Of a DNA stretch of 64,000 bases, positions 38,200-51,479 are shown piece after piece. The stretch lies in NCBI GenBank assembly GCA_001949185.1, contig BDGG01000001.1, positions 1,360,263 through 1,424,262 of the forward strand, written 5' to 3'. The notes under the pieces were generated by a model. It did not search any database. It was not told the origin of the DNA and saw nothing but the letters and a program-made list of their open reading frames with translations. Source of the DNA: Ramazzottius varieornatus. Taxonomy: Eukaryota; Animalia; Tardigrada. The number at the start of each line of letters is the position of its first letter. Within the stretch, counting starts at the first letter, position 1. A program made the position numbers and the translations under genes.

Positions 38200-40384
38200 G
38201 CAATCAGCTGTTTACCTCGTAAACCAACTAGCCTGGTTTACCTTCGCTGTGTGGTTTCTCCTGGTACATCCACTGTACACACTCGTTGCATTGCCTGTTT
38301 GTGTGACCACGCGCCGATGGCCTCCCGAAACGTGGACTGCCATATCGCCAGTCAGTTCAGTGTTCAGTTCTTCTTACAAGGGAATAGCGCCAACCATTAA
38401 ATTCCGATGCTCGAACCGATATTGCAGGAAGACGGAAGAGAGTTTGCTCTACAGCCTGAGCTATCCTACTCCTATACTAATATAACCCGAAAGAAACTTC
38501 TGACAAGGTCGTGGACCGTCTAAAAAGAAATTTTTAAACAAAAATCGCAGCAACATATTCTCGACCCGCTCGGATGGGCCACAATCAACGCGTTGGGCCA
38601 CAATCAAGCAATCAACTCGTTGCACAGTAAAAAGTACATAGGGTGTAGTTCATTTGCATGTCACGTGACTGCGCAGAACTTTGGAGGTAATACAGTAAAT
38701 CCGAATACGCTATTTTTCGAAAATATGGAGATTAAGTTGCCACTCCCGTTCACTTTGCAACTGTCCATCACTGAAGATGAGGTCCTACAAGCAGCTTGGA
38801 TTCGAAGAAGTCGAATGGACCCTTCAAAGTTACTGTGGCTTTGCTGCACCGCACAGGTAGTGCACTCTTGCCGTCACATACAAAACTATTTAACCTCTGT
38901 TGTAGCGCCGGATATTTTCCCGACTGCTGGAAAACCCAGTATGTCACCCCATTCCAAAGACCACTAAAGACCCAACGTCAGCTTCTTCATGGCGACCCAT
39001 TTCCATGTTGCATCCTCTTTCCAAATGTTTTGAAAAAATAATCGGTAAGCGATTGCGAAACTTTTTGGAAGATAGAAACGCATTTGGCACTAGTCAGTTC
39101 GGATTTCGAGAGAGCCATTCAACAGAGCTAGCAAGTTTGCTGATTAGTCAGTACTGGGCAGATGTGTTACACAGTAAAGGGGAAATCGATGCGGTGTTTC
39201 TTGATTGCACAAAGGCTTTTGATCGTGTCGATCATAAAGTGATTCTGCAGAAACTTGAGCGACTTCAGGTGCCTCTTCAGTGCAGAAGATTACTCGACCG
39301 CTATCTGTCGAACCGAAAATAGGTGGTAGTTGTGAATGGTAAGTCGTCGGGTTATCTGCCAGTTACTAGTGGAGTACCTCAGGGCTCCGTTCTTGGTCCA
39401 ATTTTGTTCATTGCTCTGATGTCGGACATAAATACCATTGTATCACCTGGCACCTGTCTTAGTCTTCTCGCATACGATATTCTAGTATCCCGTCCTCAAG
39501 AAACTGCCGTTGACTGCGTTACTCTCCAAACAGATCTGAACAGCATCTCCGCCTTGGGCAGATCCAATCAGCTCACCTTCAACCCTACAAAGTCCTCTCA
39601 CCTTCGCCTAAGCCGACGAAGAAGTCCAGGAAGTGCTGAATACCAACTGGACGGAGTCGTCGTGCCTACTGTATCCACCGTCAAGTACTTGGGTCTTCAC
39701 ATTGATGGCCGACTAAACTGGACAGCACACTGGTCTGCAAAATTTGCAACAGCTCGAAAACGCATCCGTTACCTGAATTCTCTATTCAAGTACCGTAACT
39801 CGGCGGCTCGTATCAAGCTGTTCGATGCTCTGGTGCAGTCTCTTTTCGACTACTGTCCATCTGTGGTGTGGTCGCTACTGGTAGGTACCGTCAGAGAGAT
39901 CGAAAAATGCGCCGGTAAGTTTCTCCGCACCGTTCGCCTTGGTGTCAGTTCTAGCTGGCCAGACCATGAGCTCTACCAGCATAACGCTTCCGAAGTTGGG
40001 TGGAATAGTCAGCTGATTTGTCGGGTGAACCTTTCTTTATCACTTGTATATAAATTTGTTGTTGGCTCTGTGCCGTTGGGCTTTTGTCTATTTCAGCCAT
40101 TAGAAATACGGGAAGAAGATGGTCCCTCGACCTCGACGCGAAGTTTGGACCGAATACGTGCTCATCCCTGTCCCATCCAACCCACTGGGTCTTTTCTGAA
40201 TGGTCGCAAGATACCCACCAGTCCTGATTCCTTCGTCGGGATCATGTGCAACTTGTGGAATGCACTAGATTTTCCAGCTGCTGCTTTTGAGAATAAATGG
40301 AACTTTGACCTTGCTTTGAAATCTGTTGACTGGAAGTCCTTTTCGTTGCTAAATCGTCTGTTTCCCTCGGAACTACTATATTGA
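38200..40384 (+). mobile_element. Decayed non-LTR retrotransposon (LINE) reverse transcriptase
   Basis: WRPIS, QFGFR, FLDCTKAFDRVDH, SGVPQGSVLGP, the catalytic motif degenerated to LAYD, KYLG. In-frame TAG at 39320-39322 and upstream frameshifts. 5' boundary approximate. Confidence 0.9.
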
Positions 40385-40800
40385 TCTGCCTCGAGATCTC
40401 GAAAGGGTGGTCAAGACCAATCTTATGGGAAAGTGGTATACGGAACCCTCCTGCGACCGTCACATTAATGTTGACCTAGCAATGGTTGATTATAGACGGA
40501 ACCACGGACCGGGGAAAACTCCTTAGTGAGTGGATCCGATCGCCCACAGTTTCCGCAGCCCTGTTGGCAAAATGCGAACCGCAAATTGTCCTCTGACAAA
40601 GAAATATGGCAAAATCAACATCCGCCAAAATGGCAAAATCACCAGCCGCCAGCCCTAAAGTTTTTGAAGTCATTCTGACTGTTGAAGAATTTTTACTCGA
40701 ATCATCTACGATGTGAGACGTCTTGTGGCCTTGATGGGACTTGTTCCCGTGCTGTGGGACTTTAAACAATAAACCTAAACCTAAACCTAACTGCAGCAAC

Positions 40801-41095
40801 GGCCTTGCTCCGCCCCTTTTGTGACGTGTAACTACATCTTGCTTTCCGGAGCTCCCCTTATTTTCGAAAAATAGCGTAATCGGAGTCACGGTTGGCTAGC
40901 ATTGGGAAGCATGGTGGCTGCCCAACTATTCAAAGTTCTGATCAGCTACTGCGCTTATGAGTGACGTTGCAACTCATCTTAGCTACAGTGGGACTTTCAT
41001 CTGGCGGTGGCAACTTAATGTCTGTAATGACTTAAATAAGGGGAGCTCCGAGAACCAAATCGTAGTTACGCGTCACGAAAGGGGCGGAGCAAGCC
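40801..41095. mobile_element. MITE-like element with ~60-bp inverted arms
   Basis: GGCCTTGCTCCGCCCCTTT..GTGACG...GGAGCTCCCCTTATTT is mirrored at 41034-41095. Confidence 0.6.
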
Positions 41096-41142
41096 TTAGC
41101 TACGGTGGGTGGGCGAACGAGAGTGGTAACTTAATCTTCACG

Positions 41143-41820
41143 ATGGCAAACCCAAAGCTGCTGGTGCTCAGTGCTCTTGTGTGAATGGTAACTCCTTTTC
41201 CAGTCAAGCAGGATTCTTCAACCGTTCAAAGCACAATGATGAGGGCGACAACGAGCCGGACCTCGTCAGACATGTTAGGGGAGACAAGGAAAATGGTGCA
41301 CCGCAAGAAAAACTGCGCCACCCGCTACGTTCGAGACTGGTTTGGAATGTATTGAGATTGGAACAGCCATCTGCAGGTTAAACCTTTGCTAGATTCTTCG
41401 ATCGATTTTGGAACAATGGCGACGGTTCAGCGGTCACTGGTTTCTTTGGTCCACCCGAGCCCCAGGGCTCATGGGTGATGTGAGAAACAACGAACACAGT
41501 GGCATGAGAGCTAAACCGAGGTGCTCCTGGTCTCACTGGTCCCATGGGAGAAAAGGGCACTACTGAACCAAAAGGTATGCTTTCACTTGAAAACTCAGAA
41601 TGTACTGACCGTGATCTTCCCGACGATTTTCCGATTTTATCTTTGTTGCAAACTGCCGCGTGCAAGAAGTAATTCATTTCAGGTGACGGAAGAGACCAAC
41701 GCCCTATGGCAGACGATGGTGCAAAGGGTGAGCAAGGTCCTGCCGGACCAACTAGAGCAGCCGGCGCAAACTGGTGACAAAGTGGACCAAGAGCCAGCGG
41801 GATCCAAAGGTTAAACGTGG
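41143..41820 (+). pseudogene. Degenerate short collagen-like gene
   Basis: Signal-like MANPKLLVLSALV followed by a stop. Gly-X-Y remnants GAPGLTGPMGEKG and DGAKGEQGPAGPT are separated by a GTATG..TTTCAG intron. Lost glycines and stops. Confidence 0.55.
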
Positions 41821-43119
41821 CCAGAGAGTTCCGGGTACAAGGTGATGAGTTCACATACGATTTGAATTTATGCGACAGATCTTTTCGCTACGGCGGTACG
41901 GATGGCGTACGTACGTGACTAGTACACTTTTCAGCACTCCTCCAAGGCTGAATTTCCATTTTGCCGACCTTTCCGTCCGTCCCATAATTTCTACTGATCT
42001 ACAACTTCTCATCGTACGTTTACCGTACCGGAATGCTGTTCGGGAAACTTTGAAAATTGGCACTTCGACTAACTTCGAATGTCAACTAACCACAAAACCA
42101 ATTTGACAAAATATCGTTCAGCACAATGCCCGATTAGCCATAGCGTTAACCGACCAAAACACCGCCCCGTTAGGACACCCAAAAGCTCTTTTCGGCACCT
42201 TTAGATATCTCTGAAAGTGGCCGTATCTTGGCAAGAATGATGTTTCAAAAGCGTTAAAGCGGCTAAAACGCATCGATTATCACGAACACGACGCGATGAA
42301 AAATCGGCCTTTTGACCCATCTGGCTTCAAAGCATGCGGTAGTTGCATCACTGAGCCACATGGTAGAAACCTGGGCCGCAGGTCGAACAGTCGAAGAGCA
42401 CGCTGCGTCTGCGCTGCGTGAGTTGCCTGTCTGCGGTATGCCGCGCTGCAAGATTTTCTCCAAGGTGGCTACAGCTGCGCCGCAAGTTTAGGCTACTCCG
42501 ACACCACCGCGCTGCACACCAAAAATCCAGATGAATTCTGTGACTTAACAAATTTCGTGGCCGCGTCAATGAACGCAAGTAAACAGGGAAAAATTGGCAT
42601 GGATTCGATACCCCAAACTATCACATTTTTTCCCGTTGACCACCCAACTTTACTGCGCGGCGGTAGGTAAGTAACTGCTGCATGCTGCGCTGCACAAAAA
42701 TGTGAAAACTTACGCTGCAACTCGCTGCCTCGCGGCGCAGTGCGGCGTGTGCGGTCGGATCCCGGTCGGACCCGGTCTCTACACTTCGAAAGCGAAATCA
42801 GCTTAGCTCATGCACACTTGACTCAATCTCAAAATTTCATTTCTCAGCTGATTCCTGATGCCCCGTGGGCTTTACATCGCGAGATACCTTTCTTGAGTTG
42901 GGATTCTTAATTCCCTGTTATCTTCGACGATACCAGAGAAAGAGAGTAGCCAGAAAGAAAATCTGGAGCGTCGGCCTAGTAAGGAGGTGAAGTTTGCCAA
43001 ACTCACCGCGCGCATTTCCGGTCAGTTATGCGCTGTTTCCGGAATGTCCGAATGATCTGTCACTCAAGCTTGATTTGAGTTGTTCAACTTCGATTTCAGC
43101 TTCAACAGGTTTCGCAAGC

Positions 43120-43275
43120 AAGACTGAAGACACCTTCTGACAGCCAGATTGTGGCTTTTCCGTACAAAAACTCTTTATCACGGAGCAACTTAATAATGGA
43201 CGAATGGGGAATCGACTCCCCTCCCCCCGCCCATGCTGCTCCCATGGCGAGCATTCAAACCACTGAGCCATCTTA
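43120..43275 (-). mobile_element. tRNA-derived SINE-like repeat, copy 2
   Basis: Perfect A-box TGGCTCAGTGG (43270-43260), B-box-like GAGTCGATTCC, and a body shared with 520-680. Confidence 0.6.
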
Positions 43276-44911
43276 GCGGTTTGAGTGCCCATGGCGAGCA
43301 CCCAAACCTCCGAGCCATGTTAGGACAAGAGTCATGAATGGGGAGAGCGTTCTTATGAACTTTGAGCAACAAAGCAAATCTTCGAATTGGTACTCTTCTC
43401 TTCTGGGTAGCAAACGCTTCTGACAATATTAAACTGTAACCTGTAATGAGGGACACTTGCTATCCAACTTCGCACCTTTGCAGACCCCTACAGGTGACGA
43501 TTGACCAGCGGTCGCCCTTTTGCCGACTACTTAGCCGTGCATCAAGGGTAAAAATCACTTAGGAAAGATCCATGCGAATTATTTTTCGTAACTTGACACG
43601 GCAAGCGACATCGTATTGCACGCCCGGCTTATTACACATTAAATGACGTTCGGTGTTTGGCCGCGATAGCTTTTCAGGTAGAAAGCTTCTTAGACGACAT
43701 CCTCCTTACCGAGAAACCATCCCTTTTTCGCCATAACGTCCATCTTCATCTGAACTTCGGACCTAGAAAAGCGCCCATGAGTAATACAGAAGGCTGCGTT
43801 AGCCGTTGCAAACCGACCCAAGCAGTGCCAGATGAAAACTTCAATTATTCTTCAATTATGATTGCATGGAACGGCAACTGCTGCGTTGGACGAAGTGGGT
43901 GTGTCGGTGAACCGGTTTGGCGATTGCTCGAGGGCTTTGCTTATACCGACGTTCGCTAATCAGATTGCAGTGGCTGACTAGGAGCTGAAAAGGGAATTAT
44001 TTCAACCGGCAAATCCTGATCATAAAACCAACATGGCATGAAGACAGAAGAAACTCTGCTCCGCAGTTTAAGCTATACTGTAAAACTACATTGTTGAAAG
44101 TGCATCCTTTCCGGTGCAAATATGGTTGGTCTGCTGTCTGTAAGCTATGAACATCTATGGTGGTCTTGCGGATACAACTGCTAATCGAAAATGTGCACCG
44201 GAAGGGATGCTCTTTCAGCACTGCAGTCCAAAGTTTAAGATAGAGAACCTAGAATTTTCCAGTTCTATCTTGTCGGTCTGCTGGTACACGTTCCTACAGA
44301 CTGAACAGTATCAAAATCTGATAATAAATTCTGTTTGCGCTGCCCTCTGTGGCGCATGAAGTTAAAATACAATCGCATGCTCAACCTCAGGTACACTGTA
44401 CGCCAAAACTAACCGCTAAAACTGGGTGATGGATGGAGTCAGATAGAAGCCAGATGTTATTTGCCCATAGGGCAAACTATAATTTCCATTGGTTAAACCG
44501 TAATAAAGCTCCAGCTGCGATCCTCCAGCTGCTGTACCACGGTCCTTTTTACCGGTTAATTTTGGCGTACACAGAAGATGGATTTGCGACAGGCGAATGA
44601 ATTATTGTCCTGTCACCGAACACGCTAATGAGGTTGACTTCTTGAGGTCGCTAGATCTACAAGCACCAACGATTAAGGTTAATGGTTCGTAGCTTTCTGC
44701 CTGTTATGTAGTGTTGACATGAGGCTCTTTACAGCGGTAAGCGCACGACAGCAATTGGGTCAACAAGTTTGTGATACATCCCACGGTGAATGCTTGTTCG
44801 ATGGAACACAATCAATGCCGTGAAGATAAATTCATCTCGGCAACTTTTATCTACTTCAGTCTTTCGTAACTGTATTGCTTCACCTTGGTATAGTGAATAT
44901 CGGCAACTAAG

Positions 44912-45384
44912 ATGGATCTCTCTCGAGGTTTCTTTTTTTTATCGGTTGGGCTGGCCGTGGTGATGGTATTTACTGTCAGAAGCGAGGCCAAACTGCTGCA
45001 GAAGCTCCTGGATAATGCGAGAGCTGGAAGTGAGGACGGACTCGAAGATTCAGGCAATAGCCGAGCTGTGGAGCAACTGGACAGAAGCTTGTGGATAGGG
45101 GATATGGGGGCGGATTGCCAAGCGGATCACCGAGCGGGCGCAAAAGGTGTCCTAACAGCAAAGCAGCGGTAGCAGGCTCTGGTGGAGATGCCATAGGTGG
45201 AAATCTGCCTACCGGCACACTCCGCAATGCCGCGGGCGGAAGTGGCGGGTTTTCTGGAAATAACGTTGGTTGCAAATCTGTGGGTGGTGATGGTGGTGAT
45301 GCTGCTGCCGGTTCCGGAGGAAATGCAAAAGGAGGAGATGGGGGGGACGCGCTAACCTTTGGCAATTTTCCTCTTCCTGGCTGA
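44912..45384 (+). pseudogene. Secreted Gly-rich GGxGG-repeat protein, paralogue 3, with one frameshift in the spacer
   Basis: The signal and spacer ORF starts at 44912. The Gly domain (RKRCPN...AGSGGDA...GGSGGFSGNNVGC...GGDGGDA...GGDGGDA...PG stop) is in a different frame, open only after TAG 45058-45060. No plausible intron. Confidence 0.7.
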
Positions 45385-45534
45385 ACTTAACGCAGATCCC
45401 ATCCCATGTGATCTTCAGTGTAGCTTAGATGTAGGTCACATCGCGTGTCGCTATAGTGGATTACCATAGTTCTCGGCTCGCTGTGTAGTCCGCAAAGAGC
45501 GTCTTCTTGTCCCACACCTTATCAACATTGAATA

Positions 45535-46230
45535 AATATCGATACAATTTCGAAAGTTTTACAGCTTTCGATTCTCCTAGATCTCTCGTTTTGGAACAAC
45601 TGAAGAAAGCCACCACCAGTTTACGTTTTCGACGTCATCAACTACAATGTAGGATACAATATCGGCGGATATGTTATTGCGGCCTTCGATATTCATTCGA
45701 TATCGATATTTCGATAGGACATTTTTCCGATACCGTATTTTCGATATATTGTGACATATCGCAGGGATATATCGATATTTCTGGAATTTTAGTTTTTCAG
45801 AATTCCACTGGTTCAAGCCCAAAAACTCAAGAAGCCGATTTCCACATAAAGTATTAGTAAGATCGAAAGCGTCGGATGCAGCAAAGACATGACTATACCA
45901 AGACTTTAAACACCTGGAAACCTGGACAGAATTAGTACCAAAACCGAATGGGCGGAGTGTGCTCGGTACACCATGGCCAAAATCAATTCTTTGAAATCAA
46001 CCATAGTCTTCCGTAAACAAGATATTACTGGCGAGTTTGCCATTCATTAAGATACCGATATATCGATAATATATCGATATGGCGCGATACGATATCGCCG
46101 AATATCTTATTGCGTTACTCGATATGAGCTTCATATCGATATTTCCGATACGATATCTGCTGCAGATTTTATCGCAAAGATTCGATATATTTCGATACGA
46201 TTTTGGGTATACCGTATCGTTGCCAGCACT
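45535..46230. repeat. CGATA/TATCG-rich remnant, probably a hAT-type non-autonomous element
   Basis: Dense ATCGATA motifs at 45535-45780 and 46050-46220. The right end reads TAGTGCTGGCAACGATAC on the minus strand. Left TIR not found. Confidence 0.5.
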
Positions 46231-47459
46231 ACCAAGGAGAGACGCCAGATTATTTTGAAGCTCTTCACGTGATCATATCTCATCCCCCAAAAACGTCGAA
46301 CGAAAACCATCCAGGTACTGAATTGTAGCTCAAAATTAGTTCTTGATTCTGAGAGCTAAATGAGCGGGAAGAGATGTGAAAGAGAATGGTAGCGCTTGTT
46401 CAACCGACAGTCTTTTCTTTCTCCGTCGGCTCATGACGTCTTCGGAAGTTGAGATGCCCGACTGAAAGATGGTTGTTTGTGGGGAATCCGACCGTTACAC
46501 CTAGTTTTCTTCCCCCCTTCTTGGCTTTGACATCGGAGTAAGCTTTCAACTGAGTTCTGAAAGCAAAATCAGCGAGATCTGGTCACGTTTCAGGGAGATA
46601 TAGTGACATGAAAGACTGTCTTCAGAACGTGGCACTGTGCTGAAGCCTGTACTTCGGCGCAGCTCATTTAGCCAATCATCGAATCGAGGCCTGCATTAGC
46701 ACGACTCAAAGCTGGCGTTTAGTTATACGGAGTCGTTGTTTGCTTATACAAATGCACCAATCGGCATAGAGACTGGACGGTCTGGTCTGAGTACGTAATT
46801 TCAAGCCCTAGTATAACTATGGACGTGACTTCGGGAAACGATAGCTGTAAACGTGTCTGACTTTCTCAACTTTCGGGTCGTCATTCTGACACCTCCCGAC
46901 TGTTCCGAGTACAGCAAAGTGCACCAAAATCACCGCCTCACCACTGTTACCAAACTCGAAATCCACAATTTAATTCTGCCGAAACAGATATACTGCAGAA
47001 GATTCGAAAGTTGGGAAAAAAGCGGTTTCATTCGTGCCGCTGTACGCTTTTCCAACTTTCGGGTTCTGATAATCTAAATGATATAAGTTGGAAAACTTTG
47101 CAAAACTGAATCCTTCGCCTTTTTGCTGCAGTCTGGAAGCCAGTTTCGTGGCCAATCCGCATAAACCTCTGGCTAAAGGGTTATATTTATATAAGGTCTT
47201 TCAGTATGAAATTACTGTCTCTGGTCAGAAGCACTATTTCGATCCCCTCTTTCTGACTGGGCATTGCGTATGGTGTCGTCTTTCGCCTAAGCGTAAGGAA
47301 GCTCCTCTCCAGCCTCACGATAAACTGCTCGAGCTGCTGTTCCTGTAGCGTGGTTCTGAAAATTTTGACGTCCTTGTCAGAAAAACTCTTTTGTCGCCAC
47401 CAGCGCTTATAAAGTTATACGCCTGACGTGGAAACGTACAGAAAAAAGGCCATCGATTA

Positions 47460-47663
47460 CTTTAGAGTGCCAATGAAGTGGGAAGATTGGTCCGGGTCCG
47501 CGTGAAGAATCCCCCCAGTACGCGCCGTTTTGACTGTTATGTGTCATGTCATAGCGATCAGCTGATCGATACACACGTTGACCAGATATTTCACCCACCA
47601 TCCGCGCGGTCTTTTTAAACTTACCCGGACCCAAACCTGTCCCGCATCATTGGCACTTTAAAG
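47460..47663. mobile_element. ~204-bp MITE with TA TSD
   Basis: TA|CTTTAGAGTGCCAATGA ... TCATTGGCACTTTAAAG|TA. Confidence 0.6.
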
Positions 47664-50274
47664 TACCCGCTTCAGTTTTAACAAAGCATTTCCTGTTCGG
47701 AAGACTTCCAGGTGAGAGATCTTGCTTCCTCCCCCGGCCCGAACAGAGCAGATTTTCCCCAACTTCACCCATTGACCGAAGGCACCTTGACACACTGACA
47801 GATAGTGTCATTAAATGAATTGATCAGCACTACGACCGAGACAGGATGGGAATAAGTCATCATCCCGCCAAACTGGCGCACCTCGTTCTTGGCAATTCAC
47901 CATTCTTTTGAAAAATCCGGAAGGATTGTTTTCTTGCTCTCTTTTCCAGTACTGATACCCTAAGGGAACCACTACAAAATAACCCTGCTGCCGGTGTGAT
48001 GGTGCAGCTGACGGTGCGGCAAACAATTCGTAAACTGGTCCTGGTTAGACGTCCTGGACAACAGCTTTCTCCTTTGCTTACGTTGCAGCTTCGATCCTGA
48101 AAGACTCTTTGCTCAATCCTAGTCCACGCGATCTCTTGACCTTTACTGCTTTTAAATCGTATTTGTCGCGTTTAAAATTTTCCGAATGTAAATGGTGCAA
48201 AGAAAATTGATTGTCTAAACTTAAAATTAATTGTCTAAACTTTTGATTGTCTAAACTAAAAATTCAAAATACAGTTGTTTTTGTTGCCTATGCCTTCTGT
48301 CTCTTCCGGCAATTCTTGCCAATCTTTCAAATTTTTGTCATATCACGAAAAGCTTGGCTTCTCATGGACAAATGAAAGTTTTTACGCGCATTGTTATTAT
48401 TCTAAAATTGTTCCTACGTCCCGTTTTTACCTTTTTGAATGAACGTTGTTTGTAAAAAAAACGAGAAGACCTAGTCATTGAAGCCCAACCCCAAAAGTGG
48501 TGTTACGACTTCGAAACGAGATTTTGAAGTCCGACCCTAAAGATCGGCAATTTGATGCTGAAATACCTTATACCTGTTCAATCTTTCTGCCGGAGTCAGT
48601 TTCTAAGAAGATTAGTTGGCACGAAGAGTTAAATCTGTAGACAAAAACGGCAACCTGCTATCCGAGAACCATGATAAGGGAGACACGCTCAGATATGAGC
48701 AGAGTGATCAGCTGCTAAAAGGGGCCTCCACTTGCACATGGCCTGCCAAAACCGCAAACTGTCGAAAACGGTGTTTGACTAGTCATCATCAAACACTTGG
48801 TAATGTGTACGTGGTGTAGACTTTTACGCACAGACACCCGGTTCAAACTATGTTACTCACGCTTTTTGCAGCCCAGCGGTTGCTTGTGTTTGGCGAGACG
48901 GTTTCCTTTTGTTGCTCGGATTTCTTGGTTGAATGAAGAGCTCATCTTGAGTTTTGTTAGTAGATTACATCACATCACGTACTGTATATCACCAACGTAT
49001 GACGTACACCATATCGGTCCTACCTATTTGTCAGCGGAACGTAATCGATCAATCGCTCAATCAGTGCGTTTGACTTTCCGGCAAGGCCCCCTTTAGCAGC
49101 TCATGTATGGACGAGTAACATTTTCCAACTTTCGAATGTTTGATGTTTTCGTAGTTGATCGTGACGTCATGGCTCCGTTTGTCAGGCCGAGCGAAGCGAG
49201 GCCTTTTTAAGTCCGTCCAGATTTCAATGGACGATCAGATTCTTCGAGCTTTCAGATATCGCAAACACAGTACTGAAATAAGACACTCCACTTGATCGGG
49301 GCGATTAAAAATTTTTCTGGAGAACCGTACTGTGAGTCACAAGTAAAAGTGCTCGCTCTACAATGGTTTGCCTCCTTTGCTCGGCCTTTCCAGTCGTCAG
49401 AACCGCTAGCTAGTATAGTTAAGTGGCCGCTTTCGATCCGTTTAGCTCAACTGAGGAAGCAACTGAGGAGGCAGAGCCTGTTTACGACTGACAGCCAGGT
49501 ACGGCGTACGGCCGCATTTGGATAAACGTCAGCTTTGAGTCCAGCTATTGCATTGTGATTTGCGAATGCGGTACGCTTAGAACTTTGCCCACTTTTCCCG
49601 AGCCGCACGATAAACGCCAGCTAAATTCGCAGTGGCAAGCGGCGCTTTCAGAACTTGGTTGGGTAAAGGAGTCCCGTGAGCCAAGTAAGGCATCACTCCT
49701 CATACAACTATCGCTAAACCTTCACCACACGGCGCAATCCAGTCTCGAAAACCTAGTTACACAATACGGAATGAAGTTTCCTAGGTGTCAGTCCAACACA
49801 ACGAAAGTTCATTACAAAAAAGGAGTAGAATTTTAACATGGAACTTCAGCGAGGATACAGTAAGCTAGTAAGTGTCAGACTGTCAGTGCAGGCTGCTCTT
49901 GTAAGCTGAATCCTGCGTAACAAAGTACATCGTTGTTGGCTTCGGCCTTAATAGATTGCCGTCTGCTAACGTGGATCCACGTGGACGGCACAGCATCTTG
50001 GACGTCTCCCTACTTCCGTAATTTGTCAGCGGCGATTAAACTGACACTGTTGTTCTGTTATCGGTGGCCGTTTCCAGATTGCGTGTCCCCGGAAGTCAAT
50101 CATCGTCACTGATAACGATACAATGGCAATTAGAATATGGAACCATATAGTCTCAGCACTGTGGTTCATCAATTAATTTGCGAACAACAAGGCGGTTGTC
50201 TCCAGAAATTACTACGAACGGCTGCAACCTTGTTTCCAACATCTGGATTAAGTCACTAAGATCAAAATGGCCAT

Positions 50275-51448
50275 ATGTTATGGTCTTCTGCTTTCGTCAT
50301 CTGTCTAATGGCTGCGCCAACTGGTGCTCAAAATCTGCTACGATGCACATACCGGGAAAACGATCGTTCCACAACGTGCCGGGGTGGAACCTGGCCTGCT
50401 GAGGGCGAGACTTCGAACATCGGTGCCGAAACAACCAAGCTGGGATTATGGGATATCGCTTTCCAGAAAGATAATGTCGCCGCTATTCCTAGCTTACCTA
50501 ACCTGGAGAAGCTAAGCATAGCGGATTCCAACTGGCAAGCGGGGGAAGAGACAGTGAAGCTGCCCTTCAAGGAGCTGACTCGAAATGCTAACCGGCCGGC
50601 GTTGTTAGAGCTGGGAATTGAGAGCGACACCTTTAACTCTGCGGTACGGCAGTCTTGTTGAACAAGAATTCGCAGACTTTACGTCTCTGAGAAAACTAGT
50701 GATACAAAACAACACTCTGTCAGGGATTCAGGCGAAGGCCTTCGGGGAAAAAGTGGGTTCTTGCGAGAACCTTCCTGCTGTTTTGGAAATGTGCTTGACT
50801 GGGAATCGGGGAATGAACAAGCTTCGACTGGAAAACTTGGCAGCCGCTATCCTGCAGGCTTTGGGCAAAGGGAATGGCTCGGCTTACATAACACTCTAAA
50901 TCGATATCCTAGTTCGAGGTTTGGCAGTGTTACAATATAACTCATTCACAATTTTATTGGCCGGTATGCTAGTCAGGATTTCCATCATCATGACGAGGTA
51001 TTAATATAAACTGAGGCTCAAACCAAAACGTCAGGCTGTTTTCTTGTAGACACGAAGAGGTCAAGAAAACGGAGAGCTGACAGAAGTGAGGTATGACGGT
51101 TCTCCTGTGGAATTCAAAAGACTCGCGACCGTCGATTTCAGCGACAATGAAAAGCCAAAGCCGTTGAGCAAAGCTGTAGTCGACACAATCCAAGATCCAG
51201 AAAATCCTACCGATACCGTGATCTGGAGTCATCACTTTCGCTGTCATAGCTGCAACCAGGAGTTTCTGGATCCTTTAGTGAGCTGGACCAGAGCCGGTGC
51301 ACGACCTACGTCCAGATTTCTACGTCTATCATGCAACATTGCCGATAATAGCCAAAGCAACGAAATTCAAGGAGGAACTGCATTTTGGAGAAATTTTGGT
51401 GGCCAGATTTGCAGAGGTAAGATCAGCACGTTAATGGGAAAAGCATGA
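50275..51448 (+). pseudogene. Secreted leucine-rich-repeat protein, apparently frameshifted
   Basis: Signal MLWSSAFVICLMAAPTGA. LRR motifs LPNLEKLSIADS, FTSLRKLVIQNNTLSGI and LATVDFSDN, plus an LRRCT-like FRCHSC..W..C. Frame changes near 50630. Confidence 0.6.
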
Positions 51449-51479
51449 CCGCTCTGCGACCCCTTTTGCACTACAAAGT

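Noticed and set aside
42364-42781. hAT-like element with GCTGCG repeats
   Set aside because: The terminal match is weak and there is no 8-bp TSD, so it was not called.
43190-43275. Functional tRNA gene
   Set aside because: The A-box is present, but I could not form a cloverleaf. The similarity to 520-680 extends beyond the tRNA-like head, as expected for a SINE.
44976-45365. Pro-rich minus-strand ORFs (also 33178-33435 and 61849-62283)
   Set aside because: They are antisense shadows of the GGN-rich codons of the Gly-rich genes.
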